From positions 1,088,001 through 1,152,000 of the forward strand of contig OZ244070.1 of the NCBI GenBank assembly GCA_965215605.1: a stretch of 64,000 nt of DNA. The letters run 5' to 3'. The DNA comes from an uncultured Candidatus Binatia bacterium (GTDB lineage: Bacteria > Desulfobacterota > Binatia > UBA9968 > JAJDTQ01). The notes beneath the pieces were generated by a model. It had not been told where the DNA came from and did no database searches. It was given only the letters and a program-made list of their open reading frames with translations. The position numbers and the translations under genes are program-made. Below are positions 20,583 to 30,794 of the stretch, piece after piece (the first letter of the stretch is position 1; each line of letters begins with the position of its first letter).

Positions 20583-21878
20583 CTACGCCGCCTGGCGGCG
20601 GTTCATGGGCACGTAGTCGCGGACGTCGGAGCCGAGGTAGAGCTGGCGCGGGCGCGCGAGCTTCTGTTCGGGGTCCTCCAGCATCTCGATCCACTGGGCG
20701 AGCCAGCCGGAGGCCCTGGCGATGGCGAAGAGCACCGGGAACATGCTCACGGGCAGTCCCATGGACTGGTAGATGAGCCCGGAGTAGAAGTCGACGTTGG
20801 GGTAGAGCTTCCGCTGGATGAAGTAGTCGTCCTCCAGGGCGATGCGTTCGAGCTCCAGGGCGATATCCAGCAACGGATTGCGCCCGGTCACCTCGAACAC
20901 CTCGTCCGCCACCCGCTTGATGACCTTCGCCCGGGGGTCGTAGTTCTTGTAGACCCGGTGCCCGAAGCCCATGAGGCGCCCTTCACCCGCCTTCACTCCC
21001 TTGATGAACTCCGGAACCTTGTCCTTGGAGCCGATCTCCGCCAGCATTCGCAGCACCATCTCGTTGGCGCCGCCGTGAAGCGGCCCGTACAGCGCGGAGG
21101 CGGCGCCTGCCAGGGCGGAGTAAGGATCGGCCTGGGAGCTGCTGATGCTCCGCATGGCGTTGGTGCTGCAGTTCTGCTCGTGGTCCGCGTGCAGGATGAA
21201 GAGCACGTCCAGTGCCTTTTCCAGCACCGGGTCCGGCGAATACTTGAGCTCCGTCATCTTGTAGAGCATGTTGAGGAAGTTGCCGGTGTAGCTCAAGTCG
21301 TTGTCCGGATAGGCGTAGGGAAGCCCCATGCTGTGGCGATAGACGAACGCCGCCAAGGTGGGGATCTTGCCCATCAAGCGGAAAATCTGCCTGCGCCGGG
21401 ACTCCGGATCGAACATCTGCTTGGCGTCCGGATAGAAGGTCGACAACGCCGCGATGGAGCTGATCAACATTCCCATGGGGTGCGCGTCGTACTTGAAGCC
21501 GTCGATGAACTTCTTGATGTTCTCGTGGAGCAGCGTGTGGTGGTTGATGCTCCAGCTCCAGTCGTCCAACTCGGCGGTTGTGGGCAGCTCGCCGTGGAAG
21601 ATCAGGTAGGTGGTCTCCAGGTAGGTGCTATCCTCCGCCAACTGCTCGATGGGGTAGCCGCGGTAGCGCAGGATGCCCACGTCGCCGTCGATGAACGTGA
21701 TGCGGCTGTGGCATGAGGCCGTGTTCAGAAAGCCCGGGTCGTAGCTCATCAGGCCGAAATCGCCCTCCGAAGCCTTGATCTGTCGAAGGTGGGCAGCATT
21801 GATGGCGCCGTTCTCGATGGGGATCTCGTAGGATGTCCCAGTCCGGTTATCCGTCACGGTCAAGGTGTCTGCCGTCAT
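20583..21878 (-). CDS. gltA: Citrate synthase
   Basis: DPGFLNTASC, LHADHEQNCST, GPLHGGAN, GFGHRVYK, YPNVDFYSG. Confidence 0.97.
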   Translation of the reverse strand: MTADTLTVTDNRTGTSYEIPIENGAINAAHLRQIKASEGDFGLMSYDPGFLNTASCHSRITFIDGDVGILRYRGYPIEQLAEDSTYLETTYLIFHGELPTTAELDDWSWSINHHTLLHENIKKFIDGFKYDAHPMGMLISSIAALSTFYPDAKQMFDPESRRRQIFRLMGKIPTLAAFVYRHSMGLPYAYPDNDLSYTGNFLNMLYKMTELKYSPDPVLEKALDVLFILHADHEQNCSTNAMRSISSSQADPYSALAGAASALYGPLHGGANEMVLRMLAEIGSKDKVPEFIKGVKAGEGRLMGFGHRVYKNYDPRAKVIKRVADEVFEVTGRNPLLDIALELERIALEDDYFIQRKLYPNVDFYSGLIYQSMGLPVSMFPVLFAIARASGWLAQWIEMLEDPEQKLARPRQLYLGSDVRDYVPMNRRQAA

Positions 21879-22030
21879 ACGTCGTTCCTCTTCCTGTGCA
21901 TTTTGCGAAGTAGCTTCTTAGAACATCCCCGGTGAGGGGTCAACCCATAATTCGGGCCGTTTCGCTTGACAGATCGGCCGGTGTCCGTTCTCGAAAAACG
22001 GCCTCTGAACGGGTGTTGGGGCACCCGGAT

Positions 22031-22140
22031 TCACGCTCCGGCAAGCCGCATGCCGCCGTCCACCGGAAGGATCGCGGCGGTGACGTGGGAGGCCGCCTCC
22101 GACGCCAGATACAGCGCCGCCCGTGCCGCGGAGACGTCAT
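22031..22140 (-). pseudogene. C-terminal remnant of a short-chain dehydrogenase/reductase
   Basis: Manual translation ...AARAALYLASEAASHVTAAILPVDGGMRLAGA* matches an SDR C-terminus; no N-terminal Rossmann or YxxxK part. Confidence 0.7.
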
Positions 22141-22149
22141 TCCGGGCGT

Positions 22150-23274
22150 TCAGCTCCGGGCGTATTCCCGCACCGCGTCGTCGTCCAGGACCATCCCGTG
22201 CCCGGGGGTCTCCGGCAGCGTCACCCAGCCGTCCTCGGGCTCGGGCGGGTCCTTGTAGATGGCCCTGGCCATGTGCCAGTCGTTCACGTGGAACTCGGTG
22301 CGCCAGCCGTTGGGCACGGCGGCGTGCAGGTTCATGTCGTAGTAAGCGCCGTTGCCGATGGGCAGGTCGAAGGCCTGGGCCACCGCCGCCGCCTTCATGC
22401 CCATGGTGAAGCCGCCGACGGAGCCCACCTGCATGTTGAGAAAATCAACGGCGCCGGCCCGCGCCAGCCCCGCCAGCCCGTAGAAGTCCTCCCATTGGCC
22501 GGCGGCGATGGGAATCGAGGTATGGCGCCGCAGCGCCGCCAGCCGGGCCGGGTCGTTGCGAAGGATGGGCTCCTCGAACCACATGAGGTTGTAGGGCTCC
22601 AGCCGCTTGCACCAGCGCAGCGCCGCGTCGTAGCGCAGCAGGCAGGCGGCGTCCACCATGAGTTCCACCTCGCCCCCCACGGCTTCCCGCACCGCCCGGA
22701 CCCGGCGCTCGTCCTCCGACGGATCGTCCTCGCGGTGCGCCCCGCTGGCGCCGCGCATGTCGATCTCGCCGTGGATGTTGACCCGGCCGACCATCAGCTT
22801 GAGGCGCTTGTGGCCGCGCTCCACCCAGTGCCGCGCCGCTTCCACCAGGGCGTCCCGGCCGTAGCTCCGGACCCCGAACGTGAAATAGCAGGGCACGGAC
22901 TGCTGTGCCCCTCCCAGGAGGCGCCACACCGGCAACTCGTAGAGCTTGCCCCTGATGTCCCACAGCGCGATGTCGATGGCGCTCACGGCGGCGTTCCACA
23001 CGCCGGGCTCGGCCCGCGGGTTGAAACGCCAACGCATCTCGTGCATCAGGCGCTCGTTCTCCAGGGGGTCCCGGCCCAGCAGGAAGGGCGTCAGATCCGA
23101 CTCGATAAACCGCAGGATGGCGGAACCCGGGCCGTGGCCGATTTCGGCCGTCCCGGTCAGCCCCTGGTCGGTCTCCACCCATACCAAGTCCACGGAGGCG
23201 CTTCGGCGTTCGTGGAACGGCAACTCCAGGGGAATGTTCGAGAGCCGCCGGGTCTTGATGGCGCTGATCTTCAT
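22150..23274 (-). CDS. Mandelate racemase/muconate lactonizing enzyme family protein
   Basis: SAIDIALWDIRGK...PVWRLLGG, KRLKL, MVDA, WFEEP. Confidence 0.9.
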   Translation of the reverse strand: MKISAIKTRRLSNIPLELPFHERRSASVDLVWVETDQGLTGTAEIGHGPGSAILRFIESDLTPFLLGRDPLENERLMHEMRWRFNPRAEPGVWNAAVSAIDIALWDIRGKLYELPVWRLLGGAQQSVPCYFTFGVRSYGRDALVEAARHWVERGHKRLKLMVGRVNIHGEIDMRGASGAHREDDPSEDERRVRAVREAVGGEVELMVDAACLLRYDAALRWCKRLEPYNLMWFEEPILRNDPARLAALRRHTSIPIAAGQWEDFYGLAGLARAGAVDFLNMQVGSVGGFTMGMKAAAVAQAFDLPIGNGAYYDMNLHAAVPNGWRTEFHVNDWHMARAIYKDPPEPEDGWVTLPETPGHGMVLDDDAVREYARS

Positions 23275-23350
23275 GACGTCGGGTCTCCTTCGGTGTGCTG
23301 GTGGCCTGTGTCGAAAGCCTGGTGCGTGCCGTTGGCGGCGTTGACCACGT

Positions 23351-24496
23351 CTACCCCCACACCTGCCGCGCCGTCTCCACCACCCGCTCGAGCTTCCGTT
23401 TCTGGTCGTCCGGGGTCACGAGATTGCCCACCACGTCCGAAGAGAAGCCGCACTGCGGGCTGATGGCCAACTGCTCCAGCGGCAGGAAGCGGGAGGCGTC
23501 CTCGACGCGCCGGCTCAGGTCGTCCACGCTCTCGAGCTCGGGGACCTTGGTGCTCACCAGCCCCAGCACCACCACCGTGCCCTTGCGGACGAACCGCAGC
23601 GGCTCGAATCCGCCGGCCCGCCCGGTGTCGTACTCCAGCAGCAGCCGGCGGTGCTTGAGTCCTGCGAACAACCGTTCCGCCACCGCGTCGTAGGAGCCCT
23701 CCCGGTGCCACATGCTGCGCTGGTTGCCCCGGCAGAGATGGATCCCGGAGACGGCCTCGCCGAAGGCTTCGAGGATCCGGTTGTCGGCGGCGATGGATCG
23801 CTCCAGGTTGGCGTCCGGGTCTTCCCCCCGCTGCCGCATGGCCTCCAGCGACGGCTCGTCGACATAGGCCGTGTAGCCCGGCGCGTCGATCTGGATGTAG
23901 CGGCAGCCGGCCTCCGCCAAGCCCGCCACCATAGCCTTCTCGATGGCCACGACGTCGTCAAGAAACTCCTCGACGGTGGGATAGATGTCGCGCGAGTTCT
24001 CGTGGTCGAAGCGCTGGCTGATGCGGTCGGGGCCCACCAGCGCCACCTTGGCGGGGGTGTGGGCCACGGTGCCGAGGTAGCGGTATTCTTCCAGCGGCAG
24101 GTTCCGCGCCAAGCGCAAGCGATCCACCGCCGGCAGCCGGTGCCAGACCGGCACCTGGGGGTTCACGTCGCGCTGAACGTCCCAGCGCCGCAGCGCCGTG
24201 CCGCCATGGGACTGGCGTTCCAGGATCTCCATGCGGGCCGACCCCGAACGAAACCCTTCCACGCAGGCGCCGAAGCTGTCCTGAAAATTAAGCCTGCGGA
24301 ACTCGCCGTCGGTCACCACCCCCAAGCCCAGGCCCTCCTGCAGCGCCACGGCCGCGCGGATTTCCTCGTCCTCCACCTCCCGCAATCCGTCCGCATCCAG
24401 CTCGCCCGCCTCGAAACGGCGCCGCGCCTGCTTGAGCCGCTCAGGCCGTAGCAGGCTTCCCACCACATCGGTCCTCATGGTCGCCAGTTCGCTCAT
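23351..24496 (-). CDS. Cobalamin-independent methionine synthase II family protein (catalytic domain only)
   Basis: VGSLLRP, TDGEFRR, YIQID, HLCRGN, LLLEYD, SPQCGF zinc ligands; start MSELAT with GAGGAGGG RBS. Confidence 0.88.
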   Translation of the reverse strand: MSELATMRTDVVGSLLRPERLKQARRRFEAGELDADGLREVEDEEIRAAVALQEGLGLGVVTDGEFRRLNFQDSFGACVEGFRSGSARMEILERQSHGGTALRRWDVQRDVNPQVPVWHRLPAVDRLRLARNLPLEEYRYLGTVAHTPAKVALVGPDRISQRFDHENSRDIYPTVEEFLDDVVAIEKAMVAGLAEAGCRYIQIDAPGYTAYVDEPSLEAMRQRGEDPDANLERSIAADNRILEAFGEAVSGIHLCRGNQRSMWHREGSYDAVAERLFAGLKHRRLLLEYDTGRAGGFEPLRFVRKGTVVVLGLVSTKVPELESVDDLSRRVEDASRFLPLEQLAISPQCGFSSDVVGNLVTPDDQKRKLERVVETARQVWG

Positions 24497-24741
24497 CTCC
24501 ACCCTCCTCGACGGACCCTGTCCGGCGTTCGGCTCCGGGCGTCCTCCAACCCGGTGCAACCACACCGTCTGCTCCATGAGCATGGCGTCTGTCAAGCCCT
24601 TGAAGTGCTTGCCCGGCTGCCTCGCGCCTCCGATGCCGCGGCGCTCGCGACAGGAAGGTGCCGGAGAGCGACCGCGGGTGCGGGCTCGCCGGCGACAGGC
24701 AGGAGGGCGCCTCGATGAGCGGTGCCTGAGTCTGGCTTCCT

Positions 24742-27700
24742 CTATCCCGTCTTGGACTCGGACGATCTTCCGGCCCACGCATACCAACGCCTCAGGCAGT
24801 CATTGGCGATGCCCACCGGCAGGCGTCCGGCCGCGGGAGTGATCTGCGCGCGGAGCCGCAGGTCGTCCTCGTCGAGAACCGGGCGGTCGTCGAGATAGCC
24901 GGTCTCGGCCAGATAGAGCTGGAGTCTTTCCACGTTGCTCTTCCGAAAACCCCGCAGGCGCGGGTCCTGGTTCCCGTCGAGCGCGGCGACGAGCCTCTTG
25001 GCGTCGCCTTCCAGGTCCCGCGCAATGGCGACCACGTCATCGAGATAGCGGTCGGTCAGGGCCTCGCTCTCCTCCAGGACTTCACGACCGACGGTCCGGC
25101 CCCTGCCCTGCAGCCACAGCTCGCAGAACGCCTTCAGGAGGTCCAACCGGGCCGTGATGTCCGCGGGAGAGATGGACAGGGAGCCCAGCCTCTCGGCCAG
25201 CGACGTGCCTGCAACCGTCCTCCACTGTCCCGCTCGCTCGATGCCGTTCAGGAGACAGTCGTACAACAGATCCGGATCGTCCCACAGGACGTAAAAGAAA
25301 TGCTGCGCCGCGTAACCGAGTTCCGGACGGAACGCGGGCACGTCGAGCGCCGCGCCATATTCCTCGGGCGACCGTCCATCGGGCGCCGGAACCGTGGGGC
25401 CGGGGTCGACCCGGAGCGCCTGAGGCCCTCCGACGCTGACCGCCTTCGTTCGTATCAGGCCCAGATCGATCTCGGCGGCGATGTCGCAACCTTCCTTGCC
25501 GAGCGCGTCCCGGATACGGTCGATGTCAAGAGGATCGCTGGTCAGATAGAATATCTGGCGGCCCTGGTCCCTTGCCACGCGCCCAAGGCTCCGCACCATG
25601 GCCTCGAATCGCCGGGGGTCGCTCTGGTCCAGCGCTTCATCGAGAAACAGCGGCAGGATCTTGCCCTGTTCCACTTCTTCGGCGAACGCAAGGCGCGCCG
25701 CGAGCAACAACTGGACCCGGGTCCCGTCCGACAGTTCATCGAGATCCTGCGCCTCTCCGCCGCGCGATTCGCGGGCGAACAGCCGGGGGGCGTCGCCGTC
25801 CTTGCCCAGCTCCAGCTTGTAGTTGTGGTGGGTGAACTCGAAGAAATGATCCCGTGCGCGTTCGAACACACGGGGCATCCGGGTATGTTCATATTCCTCT
25901 TCGACCGAGTCCATAAGGAATCCGCCGGCCTTCGCGTACAGCGCATCGTTCCGGAGCTCGCTCAATTTCACGCGGGCGGCTTCACGGACGGCGATGAGAT
26001 CCTGCATGCCCTTGCCGCTCCTTGCCTCCTCCATCCCCGCGGTGATCTCGGCGACCTCGTTCCTCAATTCGCCGGCTCTCGTCTCCAGGTCCGAAAACTC
26101 ATCCTTGAGCCGCTCGAGGGACGGGACGTCGGATTCGGTCCATTCACCGGCCCCGGCCTGGGCAAGCTCCGCGCGGTCGAGGTCGATCTGCCCTTCCAGG
26201 CGCGTCTTTTCCCCGATCAGCTCGCGATAGCCCTCCAGTGAGCCCGCCAACGACCGGAGGCCGTTCAGGTCGCCTTCGCCGAGGCCCGCCTCCGCATAGA
26301 TTCGCCGGATGGAGTGGAGCGCCGCCTCCCGGTCCGCGGCATTCTCTTCGATCTGGGCCGTCATGGTCCGTTCGTCGTGGAGCGCCTGCTCCAGCCGCGA
26401 GTTCCGATCCGCGAGGTGATGGATTCGCGCCTTGGCGATTGCGCCATCTTCCAGCTCCGGTTCGCCACTCGCTTCGAGCACGCCGGCCAGACCGGACAGC
26501 AACCCGCCATGCCTTTGCTCAAGGGCTTCCAACTTGCCCGCCGCGGCTTCGTCATCGCGACGGGCCAGGCGCAGTTGGTCGAGAGCGCGCGCGTAGTCGA
26601 CCAGCTCCGCGTCCGGCGGGAGCGTATTCAAGCCGAGTTCTTCCTTGATCTCCTGCCTGCGGGCATCGAGCGCCGCTTCCGGTTCGGACAGACCCTCCAG
26701 CTCGGTCTCAAGCCGCTGCCGTTCCAGTTCGCGGTCGCGCGCCTGCCCCATGGAGACCTCGATGTCCGCGGTCTCGCGCTTCAGGCTGCTCAGGCGCGAC
26801 TCCACGGACGGGAGATTCCACTCGCTCGGTTCTTCCAGGCCCAGTAGGTCGTATGCCGCCCGGGCGGCCCGTCTGGCGTCTTGGGAACGGCGCCGATCGC
26901 CCAGAAGCAATACCGCCATGGTGGTCCCCATGCCGGCTCCGATACCCATGCCCGCGAGCAGTTGCGCGAGCACACGGAGCCGGGGCGCAGGGTTCGACGC
27001 CAGGGAGCCTTCCAGGCCCGGAACTTCAAGCAGCCCCGGGGGCGGAGCGACGAAAACCAACCCGGCGCCGGCCAACATCAACGCGATGGCGAGCAGGAGC
27101 CAGGGCCACCGGCTACGGACCCTGACAGCGGCGTCTTCGGGTTCCGGCACGCGCAGCCAAGCGTGCAGGGTCTCCACTCCGCCGCGGAATCTTTCAAGCT
27201 CGCGCTCGTGGTCCTGGGCCGGACCGAAGCGATCGAGCTGACGCAGCCGTTCCCGGATGGCGGCGGCCCGGGCCGAATGCTCCTGGCTCGAACGGAGAAA
27301 GGCGAACAAGTCTCTATGCTCGGAGAGGGTGAACGCGGGCGCGCTGACGCCGCCGCCGACGGCGGAGAGGGCCGCGGCCAGCGCTCTACGGGTGGCGTTC
27401 CGCTCGGTGGTTGCGGCATCGAGCTCCAGTTCGATGCGGCTCAACTCGTCGGCGTTCTCGCGCCAGGCCGCAAGGTCGGTCTGGTTCATGGGGCTGTCAA
27501 GCCCGGTTTGCCGGCGGGCCTCGCGCGTCCTGCCCAATTCCTGTTCCAGGAAACGCATCCGTTCCGCCAGCATGTCCGCCTGCTGCTGGTATCGTTCGAC
27601 CTCCTCGACCTCCTTGCCGGTCAGCTTCGCCAGCACCCGGGGCAAAGCCTCGATCCGCCCGATGATCCCGGCCAGTTCTTCGCGCCGGCGCGCAAGGCCG

Positions 27701-28320
27701 ATGGCGCGCTCCACGAAAACCACCCGGCGCGCGGCGTCCTCGGCCTCATGGAGCTGACGCCGCAAGCTGGCCAACTCATCCGCCCGGCGCTGGAGATTGG
27801 CGTGCCTGACGGCGGCTTTCTGCACCTCGTCGGACGCGCTGCCGAAATCACGGCGCTGGCGGCGGCGAAGGTGGACGGACACGCCGGAGAACAGGTCGGA
27901 CGCGATCTTGTGCAGATCGAATCCGCCGGATGTCTGCCGGCGGATCTCCGCGGCGACGTCGGCGGCGCCGTCCCGAGACGGCTCGATGAGATCCCGAAGG
28001 CGCAGAAAGAAACAGCGGTGGTTGTGGGACGGGGGAAGGTTTGGAGAAACGTTGCGCTCGACGCCGCGTTGCCAGGTTGCGCGCCGCCCGTTGCGCTGCC
28101 CCCACCATGACTCGCCGTCCCATTCGAACTCGGCGGCCACCGACGTCAGCGGAGAAGGATGGAGGTCTTCCCAGTACAGTCCCTCAAGGGCGCGGCAGAC
28201 GCTCGACTTGCCGATCCCGTTGGGTCCGAACACGACGTGAAGACCCGCTCCCGCCGCTTCAATCTCGTAGGGCTGGCTGATGCCCGGCAGCCGGTTGATG
28301 GCAAGGCGCTTCAGCTTCAC
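24742..28320 (-). CDS. YhaN-like SMC/Rad50-type AAA ATPase
   Basis: Walker A GPNGIGKSS, long coiled coil interrupted by a hydrophobic segment, signature LSDGT, Walker B LFLDEALD; probable GTG start at VKLKRL. Confidence 0.8.
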   Translation of the reverse strand: MKLKRLAINRLPGISQPYEIEAAGAGLHVVFGPNGIGKSSVCRALEGLYWEDLHPSPLTSVAAEFEWDGESWWGQRNGRRATWQRGVERNVSPNLPPSHNHRCFFLRLRDLIEPSRDGAADVAAEIRRQTSGGFDLHKIASDLFSGVSVHLRRRQRRDFGSASDEVQKAAVRHANLQRRADELASLRRQLHEAEDAARRVVFVERAIGLARRREELAGIIGRIEALPRVLAKLTGKEVEEVERYQQQADMLAERMRFLEQELGRTREARRQTGLDSPMNQTDLAAWRENADELSRIELELDAATTERNATRRALAAALSAVGGGVSAPAFTLSEHRDLFAFLRSSQEHSARAAAIRERLRQLDRFGPAQDHERELERFRGGVETLHAWLRVPEPEDAAVRVRSRWPWLLLAIALMLAGAGLVFVAPPPGLLEVPGLEGSLASNPAPRLRVLAQLLAGMGIGAGMGTTMAVLLLGDRRRSQDARRAARAAYDLLGLEEPSEWNLPSVESRLSSLKRETADIEVSMGQARDRELERQRLETELEGLSEPEAALDARRQEIKEELGLNTLPPDAELVDYARALDQLRLARRDDEAAAGKLEALEQRHGGLLSGLAGVLEASGEPELEDGAIAKARIHHLADRNSRLEQALHDERTMTAQIEENAADREAALHSIRRIYAEAGLGEGDLNGLRSLAGSLEGYRELIGEKTRLEGQIDLDRAELAQAGAGEWTESDVPSLERLKDEFSDLETRAGELRNEVAEITAGMEEARSGKGMQDLIAVREAARVKLSELRNDALYAKAGGFLMDSVEEEYEHTRMPRVFERARDHFFEFTHHNYKLELGKDGDAPRLFARESRGGEAQDLDELSDGTRVQLLLAARLAFAEEVEQGKILPLFLDEALDQSDPRRFEAMVRSLGRVARDQGRQIFYLTSDPLDIDRIRDALGKEGCDIAAEIDLGLIRTKAVSVGGPQALRVDPGPTVPAPDGRSPEEYGAALDVPAFRPELGYAAQHFFYVLWDDPDLLYDCLLNGIERAGQWRTVAGTSLAERLGSLSISPADITARLDLLKAFCELWLQGRGRTVGREVLEESEALTDRYLDDVVAIARDLEGDAKRLVAALDGNQDPRLRGFRKSNVERLQLYLAETGYLDDRPVLDEDDLRLRAQITPAAGRLPVGIANDCLRRWYAWAGRSSESKTG

Positions 28321-28476
28321 GTCGGATCGCCGCGCGCGCCTCGTCGAGGAGCGCCTTCGATGGGTCATCGTCGCGCTGGAGCATCCGCAGCCGCTGGCCT
28401 GGGGACATCGTGCAGGAAACCACGCCGCTCCTCCGCCTTCTTGTCACCGTCACGGGTGAAGGTCAAGGGCGAGTCC

Positions 28477-28503
28477 GCCATTCCCGCGAAAGCGGGAATC
28501 CAG
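28477..28503. repeat. GTCATTCCCGC-family REP-like palindrome
   Basis: GCCATTCCCGCGAAAGCGGGAATCCAG. Confidence 0.8.
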
Positions 28504-28529
28504 GGGGGCACGTCGATGGTCGACTCGCT

Positions 28530-29753
28530 TCAGAAGCGCAGGGCGTAGAGGGGCACATGCACTTCATCGGACGAGAGTCCGCCATGGTTGCCCTTGTGAA
28601 CCCGGGCCTTGGTCAACGAAGCTGTCACGCGGAAGGCGTAGTCGTCCCGGGCCAACAGAACGTAGTCGCCGACCCGGCCGCGCAAGGCGGGATGGGGGCG
28701 GCCGGGCCCCAGGAGCCCGCTTTCCAGAAGCTCCTCTCCCGAAATGCAGACACACGCGGCCGCCAAGTGCCGCGCCACCACCTCGTGGAAACGCTTCTCT
28801 CGCCCCGCGCGAACGAAGCAGGAGACCTGCCGGCCATCCCCCGAGGGCAACAGGGCGAGGCAGTCCAGCAAACCCGGCACCGCGGCCAACTCCACGCGGT
28901 TGGGCGGCGGCGCGTCCACGACCCCGTGGTCCGCGGTCGCCAGCAGCAGGGTCCCGGTTCCGGCCAGCCCCGCCGCGAGGCGTCCGAGGGACACGTCGAT
29001 CTCGGCCAGGTGGCGCCGCGTCTCCGTGGCCTGGACGCCCTTGCGGTGACAAAGGGTATCGTACAGGGGCCAGTACACGTAGGCGACGCCGCGTCGGCCC
29101 TGCCGGGCGAAGCGCACGATCTGCCGCTCCATGCCCGCCAAGGTCCTGTAGGCTCCGTATCCGTTCCAGCGGGTGCCCGCGTTGGAGTAGGAACTGCGCC
29201 CCAGAGCGCCGAAAGACAGAAGCCGCTTGTGGCTGCGCACCGAGGACAGGTAGGACGGCAGCCCGAGATAACGCTTGAGGTTGAAATCGTCACCCGCCAT
29301 CGGGGTTCCCGTAAGAGTCGTCCCCGGCAACACCGCGCCCACGAGGCCCAGGTCATGGAGGTGCAGATGCCAGCTCAGCACCCCGTGCTCGGCGGGAGTG
29401 GCTCCGGTCGAAAGCGTGGTTATCGCCGCCGCCGTGGTGCTGGGGAAAACCGTGGTGATGCGTTCGAACGGTTGCCTGGAGAAAAAATGCTCTCCCCCGC
29501 CCCGTGCCATGAAACGGCTCAACTGATTGAAGCCCACGCCGTCGAGGACCAGATAGACAATCCGGGAAGCGCCGCCGAATACGCCGGGATCCAGGTTCTT
29601 GAGCCCGGAATGCGGGGATGCGCCGCCCAGCGCATGGATGATGGACGAGAGCAGGTTTACGATGGAGCCGCCTTCGTAGTCGGGGAAACGAAACCCGCCG
29701 GCCGTTTGCAGACGATGAAGGATGCGGGCACTGCCATGCTGGGGCTGGGTCAC
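28530..29753 (-). CDS. Alkaline phosphatase superfamily (nucleotide pyrophosphatase/phosphodiesterase) protein
   Basis: PDYEGGSIVNL, VLDGVG, FPSTTAAA, D..CH, TADHG, GNHGGLS; start uncertain. Confidence 0.85.
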   Translation of the reverse strand: MTQPQHGSARILHRLQTAGGFRFPDYEGGSIVNLLSSIIHALGGASPHSGLKNLDPGVFGGASRIVYLVLDGVGFNQLSRFMARGGGEHFFSRQPFERITTVFPSTTAAAITTLSTGATPAEHGVLSWHLHLHDLGLVGAVLPGTTLTGTPMAGDDFNLKRYLGLPSYLSSVRSHKRLLSFGALGRSSYSNAGTRWNGYGAYRTLAGMERQIVRFARQGRRGVAYVYWPLYDTLCHRKGVQATETRRHLAEIDVSLGRLAAGLAGTGTLLLATADHGVVDAPPPNRVELAAVPGLLDCLALLPSGDGRQVSCFVRAGREKRFHEVVARHLAAACVCISGEELLESGLLGPGRPHPALRGRVGDYVLLARDDYAFRVTASLTKARVHKGNHGGLSSDEVHVPLYALRF

Positions 29754-29859
29754 AACCGGAGAAGATAGAATAGGGTGAGCTCCGGGACAACCGCTCTTGA
29801 CGCACGGAGAAGGAATTTGAGATGAGAAGAGACATTCCGCAGGCAAGGGAGGAGCGGCG

Positions 29860-30678
29860 ATGGTCATACGGGAAGTCGGTGACGGTTCCACGTACGTGAG
29901 CACACAGGAAGAGCACGCTGAACTGTCGGCGCAGTTCGCCGCCCATTGGGGCAACGACCGGTTCGCGCAACTCCGGCCCTACGACACCCTGGTGTTCGCC
30001 ACCACCTACCACGACAGCGGCTATCGCGAATGGGAAGGTTTGCCACGGATGGACGTCGAGAAAGGCCGGCCCTACGGTCACCGGGAGAGAATACCGGGGT
30101 TCGAGGCGACAGAACTCACGGCCTACCGGCGAAACGTGGACTGGGTCCGCGGCCATGACATCTACGCCGGGCTGCTCGTCTCCATGCATCGCACCGGCCT
30201 GTGGCGCGGCCGCTACGACGTCCTGACCCGTCCGAAGCCGAGAGTCCGCGACCTCGGCAACAGCGTCCGGACCGTGCTCCGCGAACTCGAAGACCAACAA
30301 CAACAGGACAAGGCCGCGCTCGCCGCCGGAAACGCCGGATTCGAAGACGAGCTGTGGATCAATTACCGCATGCTCCAGCTCTTCGACCTGCTGTCACTGT
30401 ATTTCTGTTGTGACGGCTACGGTGACGACGGTTTCAGGGAAGAATGCCTGGCGCCCATCCCTGCCGGCTACTCGCCCGACGGCGGAGTCGAACTGCGCAT
30501 CACGCCGAATCCCGACGGGTCCGTGAAGATGGCTCCCTACCCCTTCGATGTCGCGCCGCTCCGGGTCGCCGTGCGCGCGCGGCGGATGCGGTCGGGCTCG
30601 TACTCGTCCGAGGCGGACTGCCGGGAAGCCTACTACAAGACCGCTGCCACGCTGCTCCACTTCGACATCACCGCCTGA
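29860..30678 (+). CDS. DUF3891 family protein (HD-like)
   Basis: QEEHAELSAQFAAHWGN, HDSGY, LLVSMH, LQLFDLLSLYFC, PYPF. Confidence 0.75.
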   Translation: MVIREVGDGSTYVSTQEEHAELSAQFAAHWGNDRFAQLRPYDTLVFATTYHDSGYREWEGLPRMDVEKGRPYGHRERIPGFEATELTAYRRNVDWVRGHDIYAGLLVSMHRTGLWRGRYDVLTRPKPRVRDLGNSVRTVLRELEDQQQQDKAALAAGNAGFEDELWINYRMLQLFDLLSLYFCCDGYGDDGFREECLAPIPAGYSPDGGVELRITPNPDGSVKMAPYPFDVAPLRVAVRARRMRSGSYSSEADCREAYYKTAATLLHFDITA

Positions 30679-30794
30679 AGCCCCACGGCTGAACGCAGCC
30701 GCTGCCCAGGTCCATTCGGGTGGGGTGTCGCCGCCGGGATGGCCGTTCAACGCCACGCCGAACCCTGCCGCGCCACTTCCAGCAGGTTGTGAGC

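Noticed and set aside
24497-24741. Cobalamin or SAM riboswitch upstream of the MetE-like gene
   Set aside because: Could not identify B12-box or SAM-I consensus by eye; an Infernal/Rfam scan would be decisive
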